A DNA stretch of 59,649 nt from Catajapyx aquilonaris (lineage: Eukaryota). Of this stretch, positions 26,901-38,566 are shown piece by piece; within the stretch, counting starts at the first letter, position 1, and each line of letters starts with the position of its first letter. The translations under genes were made by a program, and so were the position numbers. Under the pieces are notes generated by a model. The model was not told the DNA's origin, did not search any database, and saw nothing but the letters and a program-made list of their open reading frames with translations. The stretch covers positions 62,001 through 121,649 of the forward strand of contig JYFJ02000564.1 of the NCBI GenBank assembly GCA_000934665.2. Reading direction: 5' to 3'.

Positions 26901-29900
26901 TTGCGCTTTGCTTGTGTTTTATGCTATTTGAAATCTTTTTTGCAACTTTATTCTTCTGCTACCTGTACCATGAGAATTTTCAGTTTCATTACTTTCTAAC
27001 ATGAACTTGTTTCGTAATGTGATTAATATGCCAATAGGAAACATGCAAACAAGCTGAACTTTTCAGTTTGATGCAAAGTGCCTAGCAGGTTATTATTTTT
27101 GCAATTAAATGGGAACTCACCATCAAAACTTCATTCGACTGACCTTAAAATTGCATGTTATATGTACTTTTGGAGATTTATTTTCAATAACCTTTTCATT
27201 ATGAAGATGGCTACTATAGCTATATTTCAGCGAGTTAATTCCAGTTTTTTTTCCCCCTTCAAATTTCTTGTTATGAGGGAAAATAGTAACTTGTTTTATA
27301 TGACAAGCCTCTTCATTGCAGTAATGCCTGTCAAACTAATTCTGAATGCCTTATAGAAGTGATGAATTACCTTGGAAATACATTTTGTGTATGAAAAATA
27401 TTAAATAGAGTATTTGTAAATGAGAGTACTGTATTAGTTCTCTTAAATTTGTAAAGTAATTTATGATATTTTTGATGCCTTTGACATCCCATTGTAGTTG
27501 GTTTCTGTTTGCATTGCAGTTGTATTGTAATATTGCATGTGTGTGTTGAAAATAACCTGATTTTTGTGTGTTATGTTTAGATTATTATTGCTTATATCAT
27601 GTGAAGTCATGCTTGTGCCTGTAGCTTGCATGCTTCTGATTCTCCTGCTAGATTCTTGGGAGAACAGAGGCAGTCGCATCCGCAGTCCCAGCGTGGGCAG
27701 TCACCTAGGCCGAAAGAGCTATGGAAGTTCCTACGGTAAGGCTACCATCAAGTGCAGGAGTGTCTTGTGCAGTGGTGGAAGTACTTTCACTTGGGGGAGG
27801 AAGGAAATATACCTACTTTTTTACAGTGCCCATTGGCAGGGCATGTAAGGTGCCTATGCAACCCTACAAGTCCTGCCTCAGGCTAATCACATCTGCCTGT
27901 TAACAGTGCATTTGCATGACAGTTTGCTGCTGTTTTCTACTAAATCATTAGCTCAAGGGTTTGCTCTTGCAGTTGGCAGAAACATGCCTGTCATGCAAAA
28001 GCCAACTGGAAGACCATACTCTGAATTAACTGCACTAATCACAACCCACACAATGACATGAGTTTCATTGCGAGTTGGTCTCCAAACTAGTTCAGCTGTG
28101 TCATGTAATTCAGTACCCTTGTGTGATGGGGGCAGGGGGAGTGAATGTTTCAAAGGCTGTATTGTTGCAGAGTCCTGCAGGTCGAATCCCGGCAGCGTCC
28201 GGAACAAAGCTCACAATCACCCCGCTAGCTTTAAAGGGAGGAAATCCAATTCCCTCCTCAATCTGCGCGGTAAGGGTCTCTACACACTCATGAGTCTTTT
28301 TCTTCTTTGTGGCCAAGCTCCCCACCTCGACAGTGCTCCTCCTGTCAAGCTTTTTTGCTACTTGGGTTCTTGTGTCAATCCAGTTTGCTGTACATAATAT
28401 TACCAGAGGTGGTGGTGCTGGTGGTTTTTATGGGCTTCTGGTGGAGGCATTGAAGAGTCTTAGATCTTCATTCTCCTACCATTGCTTACTAGGACAAGCA
28501 CCTTGTGGGAATATAGATGAGCGATTTTTTTACTTCAAATATAGGCTCGCTTTCCCCCTAAGAGACACCATAGTTGGAAATGACTTTATTCAGTAGTTCC
28601 ACTCCACAGAAGGTACTCACTGGTCAGTGTCACTTCCTGGAAATTTACATTGTTGAAGTTTGAGTTGTAGCAAAATGTCAAACACTGATCAGCCCACACA
28701 GTATAGAGTAGTCAGTGCATGGTTTTTGCATGGATGGTGTAATGGAGAGAGACGTATTCTTGGTGGTAAGAGGTGGGATTGGTATAGTGGCAGTGACATG
28801 CAGGGATAACATGCTTTAGGTGGGAATTTTCCAGAATGGCGGCAAGATCACTGGTTGCAACAGTGCATGATGTGTTGTGTTTGTCACTCCGTTAACTTGA
28901 TTGCAACCAGTTCTTGCCCAGCCATCTGAGAGGACTAGTACATCTTGCAATCCCAGAACCCAACTAGTGCTTCTCGCAGCCTGTGCTTTTATCATATGAA
29001 AAACACAATTCCCTCCCTGACATCCTTTTCCCCCCAATCAATACCAGCTACATTAGTGATAACAAATGTGAATGTGTCCCAGGCCGTGCTTTATGGAGGT
29101 GACTAATGATTCTGTCTTGCGCATTTCTTTTCCTTCCCATCCTGCATTTTATTTATTCTACTCCTACTGCAACATCTAACCAACTGGGCTGGCAGGGGCT
29201 GGCAGTGATCATGATAGCTTGGGCTACCCGCGCTTCGCTGATACGGATTCTGGGCTGGGAAGGGCCACTCCTCCCAGAAGGGCACCCTCTCCTTCCGTGG
29301 GACCCAGGCACCTCCCTTCTCCCTCAGGTAAGGAGTTCTCAAATGAACAAGAAAGACAGTGACCAGAGTCATATTTCCAGCTACAGCTATATACGTGGTA
29401 TTGGTGGTGGTGATGGTATGCATTGGATGTGCGAATATGCTGTATGTGTTGGGGCTACTGAAACCTTCCCTTTGGAGTTTGTGTGGTCCTGCTTGCCATT
29501 ATGGGAATCCTTGACTGTCTGTTCCTTTAAAACATAATCAATCTTTCAATTTAAAAAAATAGGAGAACATACATCTTATATAAAACATATCGTAATGGAG
29601 GCCTTTTAGCATTGCGCTTTTCTCTGACCTGGTCATGATGGACGTACTTGTACCTGTCCCAAAGTTCCCTGGCCCCCTTAGCTAAAGCAGTATGTAGATA
29701 TGAGAGTGGGTATAGAAAAAGGAGGAAATACTGAGTTTGTGAAATTCTCCCCCTCTGACACATGCAAGGAATGCTGGTGTAAAGTCCAACATGTTTGTTG
29801 CGAAGACACTTTCAGTTAATATCCTGAGGACGTGCTGCTTAATTACACAACACTGGAAAGTACAGTAGTGCATGAGGGTTGAGCTGTGGCATTGTATTGA

Positions 29901-30692
29901 TCGTGATGAGCATACCAAGCATTGACCTGACATTTTCCTCTTGTTAATCTGACCTATTAGGTCCAGGCTCTCTCCCTCTTGGCCTTATCTCAAGGCGACG
30001 GGGATTTGATGATGGGGCAAGCGATATCAGTTCAGCTGCCAGCTCAACCATGGATTACTCAGGTAACAAGACATGTTGTAACAATTGAACCAAAGTTGTG
30101 ATTTTCAGGTGTACAGCGCATTGTCAATTCCTCTTTTCCAGGCCCTCGGCTATACAAGCAGCCAACAGCCAAGTCAAACCGCAGCATAATCTTAAATGCT
30201 GTGGAGTATTGTGTGTTTCCTGGGGTGGTGAACAGGGAAGCCAAACAGCGGGTCCTGGAGGAGATTGCGCGCTCAGAGAGCAAGCATTTTCTGGTCTTGT
30301 TCCGGGATGCTGGATGCCAGTTCCGAGCACTCTATGCTTACTTTCCTGACAGAGATGAGATCACCAAGTTATATGGGACAGGGCCCAAGCAGGTGGTCGA
30401 CAACATGTTTGACAGATTCTTTAAGTAAGTAATGGCTGATCTGCAGAATTGTAACTAATCACTTATTTTCCAAGGTATTGCTTGATTAAATAAGTGAACA
30501 GTTTGTTTGATCATGTAGTTATTGGTGCAATTTCTCTTTGATTTCAGATATAATTCAGGTAGCAAGTGTTTTGCCCAAGTGCACACGAAGCACCTGACTG
30601 TGACCATCGACGCCTTTACAATACACAACAGCATATGGCAAGGAAAGCGAGTGGTGCTACCAAACAAGAAGGACATGGCGCTTGTCATATGA
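1275..30692 (+). CDS. Patronin: Patronin / CAMSAP microtubule minus-end binding protein (CH domain, coiled coils, C-terminal CKK domain); spliced, 5' end incomplete or uncertain
   Basis: GT-AG exons: 1275-1370, 3499-3714, 4403-4624, 7532-7782, 8140-8252, 8384-8491, 8830-8949, 16148-16280, 16826-17052, 17153-17454, 17572-18019, 19141-19307, 19821-19946, 20276-20409, 20544-20963, 21535-22342, 22625-22837, 23294-23521, 23707-23943, 24220-24406, 25085-25192, 25650-25736, 26106-26183, 26609-26710, 27652-27735, 28171-28269, 29196-29327, 29961-30062, 30142-30424, 30548-30692 (sum 5976 nt, phases consistent). Recognisable motifs: AKQRASIKWLLSKAYNNKVP, DLSDGVGLCALIALYCP (CH), RRNSLSDDSHLTIENFGGSQ, IRLKLEERRRRIE (CC1), EMERKKERIMLLSLRR (CC3), GPRLYKQPTAKSNR...HTKHLTVTIDAFTIHNSIWQ (CKK). 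Some internal exons are probably alternative. Confidence 0.95.
2031..2254. mobile_element. hAT-like MITE with apparent 6-bp target duplication
   Basis: TIRs CAGGGGTCGAA / TTCGACCCCTG, flanked on both sides by TGACAC (2025-2030, 2255-2260); internal repeated GCACTCCA motifs. Confidence 0.7.
2841..3361. mobile_element. Degenerate pogo-like MITE
   Basis: Ends CAGTGAAACTTG ... CGAGTTTTCCACTG|TA; shares internal AGATTCAAGTTAG with the element at 6824-7167. Confidence 0.5.
4950..5475 (+). pseudogene. Possible decayed ankyrin-repeat gene fragments nested in a Patronin intron
   Basis: Fragments GNLEMTIPQGMTTVYLAKLLIALG, TTIML|AAWK across a possible intron, and HAIAKLLLDNG resemble the ankyrin consensus; interrupted by stops and frameshifts. 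Confidence 0.3.
6486..6494. other. Assembly gap (N run) next to a poly-C tract
   Basis: Nine Ns; another single N at 53712, also within poly-C. Confidence 0.95.
6824..7167. mobile_element. Degenerate pogo-like MITE related to 2841-3361
   Basis: TA|CAGTGGAACTT ... AAGTTCCACTG|TA terminal inverted repeats. Confidence 0.55.
10018..10363. mobile_element. pogo/Tigger-like MITE
   Basis: TA|CAGGTAGTCCCTGGTCTACGAA ... TTTGTAAACCGAGGACTGCCTG|TA imperfect TIRs with TA flanks; no coding capacity. Confidence 0.7.
10497..10655 (-). mobile_element. Truncated tRNA-derived SINE
   Basis: Minus-strand head GGGAGGCGGAGTGGTGCTGGGGTAACGT...AAGGTCCCGGGTTCGAACCC (A/B boxes), similar to the head of the 42 kb SINE; does not form a complete cloverleaf; 3' boundary approximate. 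Confidence 0.65.
10935..11864 (+). mobile_element. Internally deleted mariner (Tc1/mariner) transposon with transposase remnants
   Basis: Perfect 24-bp TIRs CGAGGGGGAATCAAATGAAAACGA (10935-10958, 11841-11864), TA on both flanks. N-terminal HTH remnant MAATLTKCTKEEQRAVVRLLRSEGIKSIEIHRRM and RPGR...LIQENRRVTLEEVA, then a jump to the C-terminal YSPDLAPSDYH and RW..CIERQGDYVEK*; the catalytic core is missing. Confidence 0.93.
11293..11449. repeat. Long inverted repeat (61-bp arms, 35-nt spacer) nested in the mariner transposase ORF; probable MITE
   Basis: 11293-11353 is the reverse complement of 11389-11449 with 3 mismatches; preceded by a tandem duplication of CCCGTATACTGG. Confidence 0.85.
14282..14774. 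mobile_element. Non-autonomous DNA transposon with TTAA target duplication (Kolobok-like termini)
   Basis: TTAA|GGTGGCGCAGTACCAAAAAATATGGTA ... TACCGTATTTTGGCTACTGCGCCGCC|TTAA; imperfect TIRs; interior is visibly CpG-rich relative to flanks. Confidence 0.7.
16497..16657. mobile_element. Palindromic Tc1/mariner-type MITE (64-bp arms, 33-nt spacer)
   Basis: TA|CAGTGTTGGTCATATATCGAGGCAACTGCC...GGCAGTTGCCTCGATATATGACCAACACTG|TA; arms 16497-16560 and 16594-16657 are near-perfect reverse complements. Confidence 0.85.
17941..17967 (+). repeat. (CAG)9 polyglutamine tract in Patronin exon
   Basis: Nine perfect in-frame CAG codons. Confidence 0.9.
20695..20796 (+). repeat. Interrupted CAG/CAA (opa) polyglutamine tract in Patronin
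   Basis: About 30 Gln codons interrupted by Leu/His, with recurring CAACAACAGTTACAGCAG units. Confidence 0.9.
24625..24732. repeat. Inverted repeat (about 40-bp arms), probable MITE remnant
   Basis: GTCCAACAAGAATTGTCGCAGCGGCAGCGCACGAACTACA pairs with TGTAGTTCGTGCGCTGCCGCTTGCGACAATTCTTGTTGGAC with one bulge. Confidence 0.8.
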
Positions 30693-33600
30693 GCATTTTG
30701 ACAATGCAGCACAAAAATATCAATAGATCTGCAGCTTCCAGCAAGACTTTTGGAACTGCTGCTTACCATCCTGGCGCAGAGTTTTTACTCCAACAGTGCG
30801 TGGGGAAGTTGAAAAGCTGCGCAGGAGATGTGTGGGTGTTTGTGTGTGAGTATGGTGAACAAGTGTCATTAGTGGGGGATTTTTAATTGAGAGAGTGTGT
30901 GTGTATGCTGAATGAGTGAGTGTTCTGTGTTGGGTTGCGGGAGCCAATGGAGAAATTGTGACAAAGGAAGGGTGGGGATTCCCCTCTTTTTGCTCCATTT
31001 TTTTACTATCATGTTGCTTAATTTGCACCGCAAGTCACCATACCAAGTATTAACAATCAATATGTCACTTTCTTCTCCGTTTTTTGACGGGGCATATTTA
31101 ATGTATTTTTGCGGGATGTTTTGCGGTGTGAACAAATCCCAACTGGAGGGCCATACGTGAAGTCTTAACCTCTCGCTAACCACTCCTAATAAAAATGTCA
31201 AGGCCTCTTGGCCACACTTCAAAAGATAGCAGGAGGGATGGTAACACTAGAGACGCTAGTCATGAACATTTGCTCGTCTAACGGGACTTTCAGGAATTAA
31301 AATGTTGACCTCCTTCTCCTCTTAGTCTAGCTTTTTATTTCATTTGTTAGCATCAATAGAATCTCTAATGGAAGTATGCGCATTATTTGAGCATGAACCT
31401 AGCTTGCATTTACTCTGCCAATAATAATCACTGATTGGGAATAAGTGATGAATGTATGATTTTTAAGCTCTCAATTTCTTTTGGCCGTGCCAACACCGTA
31501 TCCCTCATTGGTGTGGGTGCACCTCGACACTTTAATGTGGAAGAGGTTTATTTTCATCCCTCAAATCTCTCGCTTCCAAGGCATTGCACAACCAGTGGTG
31601 AAAGGCTGTGCCTTTGAAATAGTCTCGGAAGCAGCAACAAAGTTAACAAACAACTAATTTTTAATTTGCCACTTCTCTGCCCCCTATCCCATACACATGA
31701 GCTGGTGTACAGTACAGGAATGAATTTAGTTGTACATAGGTATTACAAAACACTGAGACACGTTAGAATTTTGGCTTCAGATGATAACACAAGTTTCAGA
31801 TAGATACAATAACAGTGATAACACAGGTGAGAGTAAGTCACACATGCTGATCGTGGCAACATTGACAATGACTATAATAGAAGTAATAAATGTTGGTTTT
31901 TTTTCTATTAAAACTGATGTGAAGTTTCTGAATGCCACCCCCACCCTTACCCTTACCACACCCCATCCCCACCTTGCAAGTTCATTTTGTGCGTGGGGGC
32001 TTGTTGTGGACAAATGTAGAGAGAGAATTTTCACTACTCACATGCGTTGATGTGTGTGCGTGTACAATGGGGATGTTTGGTGTCCTGTTCAGTGAGAATA
32101 TGTTATGGAAGAGATGGAATCCCATAAACGTGCTTTGACATTTCTTCGTGTGGCTTTCCCTCACATTAAAAGAAAAAAAAACTAGAACAAAACGCTGATT
32201 ATTATTGAAGGCATTCAAATTTAAAGTTGTAACTTTTTGTTCTTTTATCAAATGCAGTATGTGATCACTGTTACGCTGTACTTGTGCGAAAGTGGCGAAC
32301 AGACATTGGACGAAGGATAAGAAATATTATCTTTCCTGCTCTACACTATCACCTGTTTATGTTGAAGCAACAAGAGAATAATGTCCTTTTTTTTTTTGCT
32401 GGTGAGTCAAGTGTATATACGGTGCATAACATGTTTTTTAAAATATTTATTGTGTATACTGGATAAGGTTGAATTTTGAGCCTCCCACTGGGTTGTACTG
32501 CTATTAAATGTTCAAGATATTGCAAATGCAATAGTGCTAGATTAAAAAGGAGAAAAAAAAAATTCTTAACAATGATCATGCTTTTTTTTTCCAATGTTGG
32601 TTTTGGGATTGTGGGGAAAAGTCAACTTAAGAAAATTGAATGAGACAGAGGTAAGTGTGACTTGATTTATTCACTTCACAGCTTTGCACCGGGGGGGGAG
32701 GGGAACACCTTAACCTCCAATAGGAACAGTTTTTCACGTGTCCAATCCTTTCCAGCCTGCACCTGACGATGCAGTTACAGCAGGCGCCAAACAGGTTGCC
32801 GCTGTTGCACTTACATACTACAGTACCTACTTGGTACACAACTTGGTAATGCATAGGAAAAATTATTACAAACCGGCCAGAGGAATGAGAATGCAGAAAA
32901 GTTGCTCTTGAGTTGCACACCATTCTCGTGGAGGGAAACAAAACATTGAACTTGCATCAAATGCATTCTTCTTCCAAAACGCTTGTCTTTCTGGTGTCAA
33001 CAGATGAACGACCCCAAAAGTGTGACCTTATCCTTTGCAATGGTGTGGGGATATGCAGATGAAAAAGGGAGAAGGAGTGATTGGCACATTGACACACCAT
33101 TATTCTTTGAAGGGACCTCTTCCAAACAGTGTATTTGTGAGCACTTCAGCTGTATTCTAGTACTACAATCAGATCATGCAAACCTGCTGGTGTTTACAAA
33201 GTCAGCCAGAATGCTAGCCTGTGTTTAATCCTAGTGTCAGACTTGCTGTCTTCGGAGTTCTAGGACATCGTGAAAGTTTGACCTGGTGAGCAGATAAATA
33301 ATGCCTGACACAAGAAATTACTGTTGCTGGTGGTATTGCTGGGAAAATCCTTGCATCAACTGAGTTGCCTGTGAACGTGTATCAACACACGATTGGCTTT
33401 ATAAAATTTGCAAAACTTGCGTGAGGTTGGAACTGATTCGACTAGTGGAACTAAATTTCTGCTGCAGTTCTCATAATGTCTGGGTCTAAATTCAGTGGAC
33501 ACCATCAGTTTCACATACCCTAAGTATCTCTTGACTGCAACACAGCTGGTGCAATATGCACAAAACACAAAATGAAAGATATCCCCTTATTTTGGTCGTG

Positions 33601-33776
33601 ACATTGCATTAGAAGACGAGGCAGCAGACACCACCATCTGGTTTGTCCCGCTTGGAGGGTCTGGACTGCGTCACCACCTGCACTCGTAATCCACAGCATG
33701 ACATTGTGTACAGGTGGGGCTGAGGGTGCGGTGGAGAGAGGGGTGGTGGCAACTGGGTAGGTAGGGAAATTGGGGG

Positions 33777-36700
33777 TCATTTGATGGGCCTGTAGTGCAG
33801 AACCAGATCAGAGGCAGATTTCCACACAAAGTGACGTATGGTGCGCAGGTCAACATTGGGGTCCAGCACCTGGTCATTGCAGAGCAGCTCCACGCGCTCC
33901 TCTGCAATAGAGCTTGTCTCCTGCTTGTCTGAGTCTGACTTCTCTGTGCCAGTCGGGGAGTTGGGGGCACCCCCGCCTCCACCTGTGGCAGTCGTCCCTC
34001 CACCAGTGCTTCCACCAGCAGTGGTGCTCCCAGCGTCTGATCCACTTCCAAGAACCTTCTCATAGACATGTTCTATCACCTTGCGTATCTGGATGAAGTC
34101 ATTTGCTATCAGTCTGTCCCTGAAAATGCACATAGGGTCAATCAAATAGTGAAGAATTTTAAATGGCTGACAAGTGACATTTGGAATTCATAATTGTCTA
34201 ACAGCTGAATTAATGAAACCTCTGTATCATGTCCCACAACCTGAATGCTGGAATTGGACCATGAACACTCACTTCTTTAGGCTCTTGATTCCTGAGGTGG
34301 CATGTGGCTGCAGGTAGAAGGGAATCTTGATGAACTTGGGCAGGTTCTCATCCACCACAATGTCCACCACCCATGGAGGCACAGTTTCGTGTAGAAGGGT
34401 GCCCTCCGTCTCCCCTCCTGCATCCCTAACCAAGAGACGGTAGAGGGTGCGACCCCCAACCTCACTGATTATGAGTGGTGTGTGACCCGGGACAGAGAAG
34501 TATCCATTGCCACCTTTGGCTGGAAGGGAGGTGTGGTCTCCGTGACTCTTGGTCTCCTCGTCCCCCTGGAATGGGCGCCACCAATGCTCCAGAAGAGCTT
34601 GAAGCAAGAGGCTGCCATAATTCACTGGAATGAAGTAAACAGCGTTGGTAATGAAATATAACTCGAATATAATTTTAATCCTAATGTTAATGCAACAGAG
34701 GACACAAAGCTTGAGATTTTCAGAAAATATTTTAAATATTAGCATGTAGCATAATGTTGATATTTTGTAGTTAAATGTGTAAAGGGAAAAGCAAGACCAC
34801 TGATTCCTTGTTAAAAACACCCCATCAAAGGTACCTTTCTGGTCAACTGAGTCATTTGGTGCAAGTCCAACTTCCTTGGCTGAAACCCATGCTGAGAAGC
34901 AGTCATTTTCATCCTGAGCCAGGTGTATCGTAAGGAGCTGAAATGTATGCATTGAAAAATCATGTCACAAAATGTGTAAATGCTTTTCATAACATTACAA
35001 AAAATTATGTTCCTACCCCTGTCTTTAGGTCAACGCTGAACCAGTTTGGTACATAAACCATCTTGAACCTGCGCTTTATTTCTTCTTCAAAGTCAACCTG
35101 TCCCAGGCTCTCGAGGCGAGATGCTTTGAGGACGTCATAAAGAGCCACATTGCTATCTGTGTCCTTAGTAAGGATGTGGCGCTTGTCATTCAGCACATGG
35201 TAGTGGTGGATGGCAGGGCCACCACGAACTACATGCTCAGGCTTCAGGCAGCTGGGCTTCAGAAGGTCGTCATCTTCATTTCCATACTCGTTCCAGGCTG
35301 AATCACGTGTTGGGATTGGCTACAAGTAATTTTAGTAATTGGGGGTTAGGCCTACTGGATAAGTGTACTGTATAGGAAGTTGTAACTCACTGCCCATGAG
35401 CACTTACACACTTTCAGCCACTCACACCACCGGTCTATGCTAAGACACTAATTCAAGGTGTGTTCCCACACTCATAGGAACAAAAGGTTTGAAGTTCTAG
35501 AATTGGCTTCTCACGCTTTTGCTACGACCAATTCTGGCCAGCTTGGGAACACACTTTCATGGAGAGCGCCACAATTTTTCCTTAGAGCAAGGCAAGCCCT
35601 CTTGGCAGTTTCTAACAAATGCACATAAAATAATCAAAAGTGTGTAAACACCTTTACATTGTAATGAATTTTATACAGGCCACGTTTCGAACCCTTCTTT
35701 ACCACCTTACAAGCTTGCCAATGAAATATGCATCTAAAGAGAAAAATAATTCCAATCATGCAAGCACTCCCCCTTTTGTACTTACTAACCCAGTTGTGTA
35801 TGGAGGAATTGGAGGTAGCAACCCAAAGGGAGCTCTGGTCAGGAGTCATAACCATCTTCAGGATGGGTGCTGCCTCTTCGCACAGCATTATCTTGTGGTC
35901 TATGTTGCGTAGATCTGTCATGTACACCTTACGTTCCCTCCCACCCGATATCACATAGGTGAAGGCCTCGTTGGTCTGCAGAGAAACCATTGCAATGTCA
36001 ATTATAAAACTTTTCACTATCCTGTACAACTTCATGCATTGAATTGATATGCATTACCAGCAAGGCCCAGACACCTTCTTTGTGTACCCGTATTGTGGCA
36101 ATGCATCGCTGTTGACCCACCGACCAAAGTTTGATGCTGCCATCAGAACTGCCAGACAAGCACTGTGTTCCATCTCGGTTCAAAACCAGAGCTTTCACAT
36201 TGTCAGTATGGCCTAAGAATAGAAAGTCACATTAGCACTTGCAACACTTGTGGTTAACGGCCCTGCTATGATGGACAATGTAATGACGCCTGATAGGCCA
36301 ACCCATCTTCCATTACCATGCCGTAACCAAGCCCAAATTCCTTCATCAGTAAGTGTCCATTGCATCCAGAAAGATCACACCGTAGTTCCTGTTGCATAAT
36401 ACAAAGTACGAGTATACAGAGTTGTATTACCTTTGAGCTTGTTGATCTTTGCGCAAGTGCGGGGATCCCACACCCTGAGGATCTTTTCTGTCGACCCACT
36501 GATTATTACTGTCCCTGGAGGGTTCATTGCCAGGCTGTATATGGAGTCCTTGTTGCCATTTAGAGAAGAGGCTGCAATGAGAGGATTGTACAATAAGATG
36601 CTGTTCATTGGGCAAGGTCACTTACACCTACTTGTAACTGTGTTGTTGCTGGTGGTGAGAGCAGTGAGGGTATTGACATCCCATAAGAAGATGGCCCTGT

Positions 36701-37556
36701 CCAGGCCAGCTGAGGCCACCTGCTCTTTGTCTCGGGCATAGGCAAGGGCCTTCACATAGTCCTTGTGGGTACGCAGGGTGGACATGCAGAAGCCCTTGTG
36801 GGCATTCCACACTTTCACAGTTGTGTCTGAACTTGCAGATATCACTGTAGGCAGGAGAGAACAGTGCATTATCGTGAAGTATGTCCCGACTCTTGTTCCT
36901 TGGAGATGTTTGTTACTCTGTGTACTTCTTAGTTTACATGAACGTCATAAGAGGTAGCCAAAAATGATGCAGTCATTCTACAACATTACACACAAGTTTT
37001 CACTCACAGTTCTTTCCTCCACAGCAAACGACAATGTCGTTGACCCAATCTGTGTGATGTTCCATGGACTGGATGTATGGTTCCCGTAAGTTCTTGAGGT
37101 TCCATATCCGCACAACGCTGTCCCGACCTGCAGTGTACAGCCTCTGAAGATTGGGGTCGTACTGGAGGGAGTTGATCCCTGCACGGTGACATTTCTCTAC
37201 CTCGTCCCTTATCACAAATGACACCTGCAATGATTTCAGCAACATTTCAATATGCATCATCACATCTTGGGAAAAGTACACGACCGGAATGATTCAGGTG
37301 ACAGGAGAGGTAATGACAACACAATTACCCTGTTAAATTTTCATGCAAAGTCGGTCTACATCTTCACTTTTCCACCTCCTAACAGTATAAAATTGCTAAT
37401 TTATTAGATGCAACGGCAAGCAGGTTGCGAATAGGTGTTGCCACTGCCTCACCCCACCGTTTTCCCCGGTCTGTCAGAGAGAGAGAGAGAGAGAGAGACG
37501 AGCCTCACTTGTATCTTTTTCCGCACGCCCTGAGAGCCAGACTTGTGGCAGGCCAT
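33777..37556 (-). CDS. WDR48: WD repeat-containing protein 48 (UAF1, USP1/USP12/USP46-associated factor), about 686 aa, 10 coding exons
   Basis: Exons (minus): 37556-37509, 37224-37008, 36844-36632, 36571-36431, 36212-36058, 35975-35790, 35319-35017, 34937-34835, 34624-34273, 34119-33777; sum 2061 nt in frame. Translation [27 protein letters not shown]...[12 protein letters not shown]...[15 protein letters not shown]...[12 protein letters not shown]...[15 protein letters not shown]...[21 protein letters not shown] matches WDR48. Confidence 0.95.
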
Positions 37557-38566
37557 TACGCCTTGGAGTCCTCCCTCCAAGAGACACTCATAACTACTAT
37601 TGCGAGACTAATCACTTGTCCACCACTCAACTCCACAGAGTCTTCCTGCCACTGCAGCTGCAGCAGCAGCACAGGGGATGGCTGCTGCCACACTTCTTCT
37701 GCTCCAGGACAGGGCTACTACCGGCGAGTGGCATCTTTGCCCAGGCTGCTTCCTTCCTTCCTTCGAACACAATCACTGGTGGCTGTCACACTGTGACACT
37801 GTTCGGCGGGCAGACGACTGAGGGATGGACAGCTGCCGGGTGGGTGCCAGGGAGGGGCAGGACCCCCGGGACATCACCACTCCGATGGGTCCATACCTCC
37901 CTCACTTTGGGTGTGGGCACGGTCGGTCGGTCGCCTCGTCACTCCTTCACTCGCCGGAGGATCCTTCCTTCTCTTTCCACCCTTTTTTTTTTATTATCCT
38001 GCTCCAGTCCAGCTATTTTTTTCCTGCTCTGAGACCGCGCATGCAGGATGCAAACACCGCTCCTACGCCTCGTCCCTGTTGGACCTCTCTTGATGGAACA
38101 AATTAAAGAACCAGCTCAATTACCCTCCTCAATTGGACGCAATAAATAAAACTTACTTATGCCGGATTAGCAAATGGAACCATCTGGCAACTCTGGCTTC
38201 GTCTCTGGATTGGGTCGATTGCTATTTCAAGCACAGCTGCGCTTTGGGTAGCTGTTGCGATAAGAGAGCTTGGTGTTTTAATTTTTATAGTCGTATAAAG
38301 TGCCATAATGTACGCCTGACCGGACACACCGGAACCATGCTGCATCATCTGACATTATTTCTTATTTATTGAATGATCTTATAACCACCGGGAGTCTGAT
38401 TTGCGTCGGGTGTGTAGCAGCTACTTTTCTGCTCGAAGCTATTAGCAAATTGGACTAATACCCAAGATGGCGGCTTGATCACACGTGCTGCAGGTTGCTT
38501 TTCTCCGCTTTTCTCACTTATTTAACGTGTTTGGGATCTGGGAGAGGGCATTTCACAGCTGGAACC
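37557..38566. promoter_or_regulatory. Probable bidirectional promoter and 5' UTRs shared by WDR48 and DCAF13
   Basis: Start codons face away from each other 1010 bp apart; CpG-rich; contains YY1/Pho-type CAAGATGGCGGC (38463-38474) followed by the E-box CACGTG. Confidence 0.7.

Noticed and set aside
30690..30886. Stop-codon readthrough of Patronin
   Set aside because: Context TGA-GCA is not the leaky TGA-C(TA) type, and nothing else supports it.
32627..32941. Cys-rich 104-aa minus-strand ORF
   Set aside because: No ATG at the annotated start, no recognisable domain or splice structure; lies in a probable UTR.
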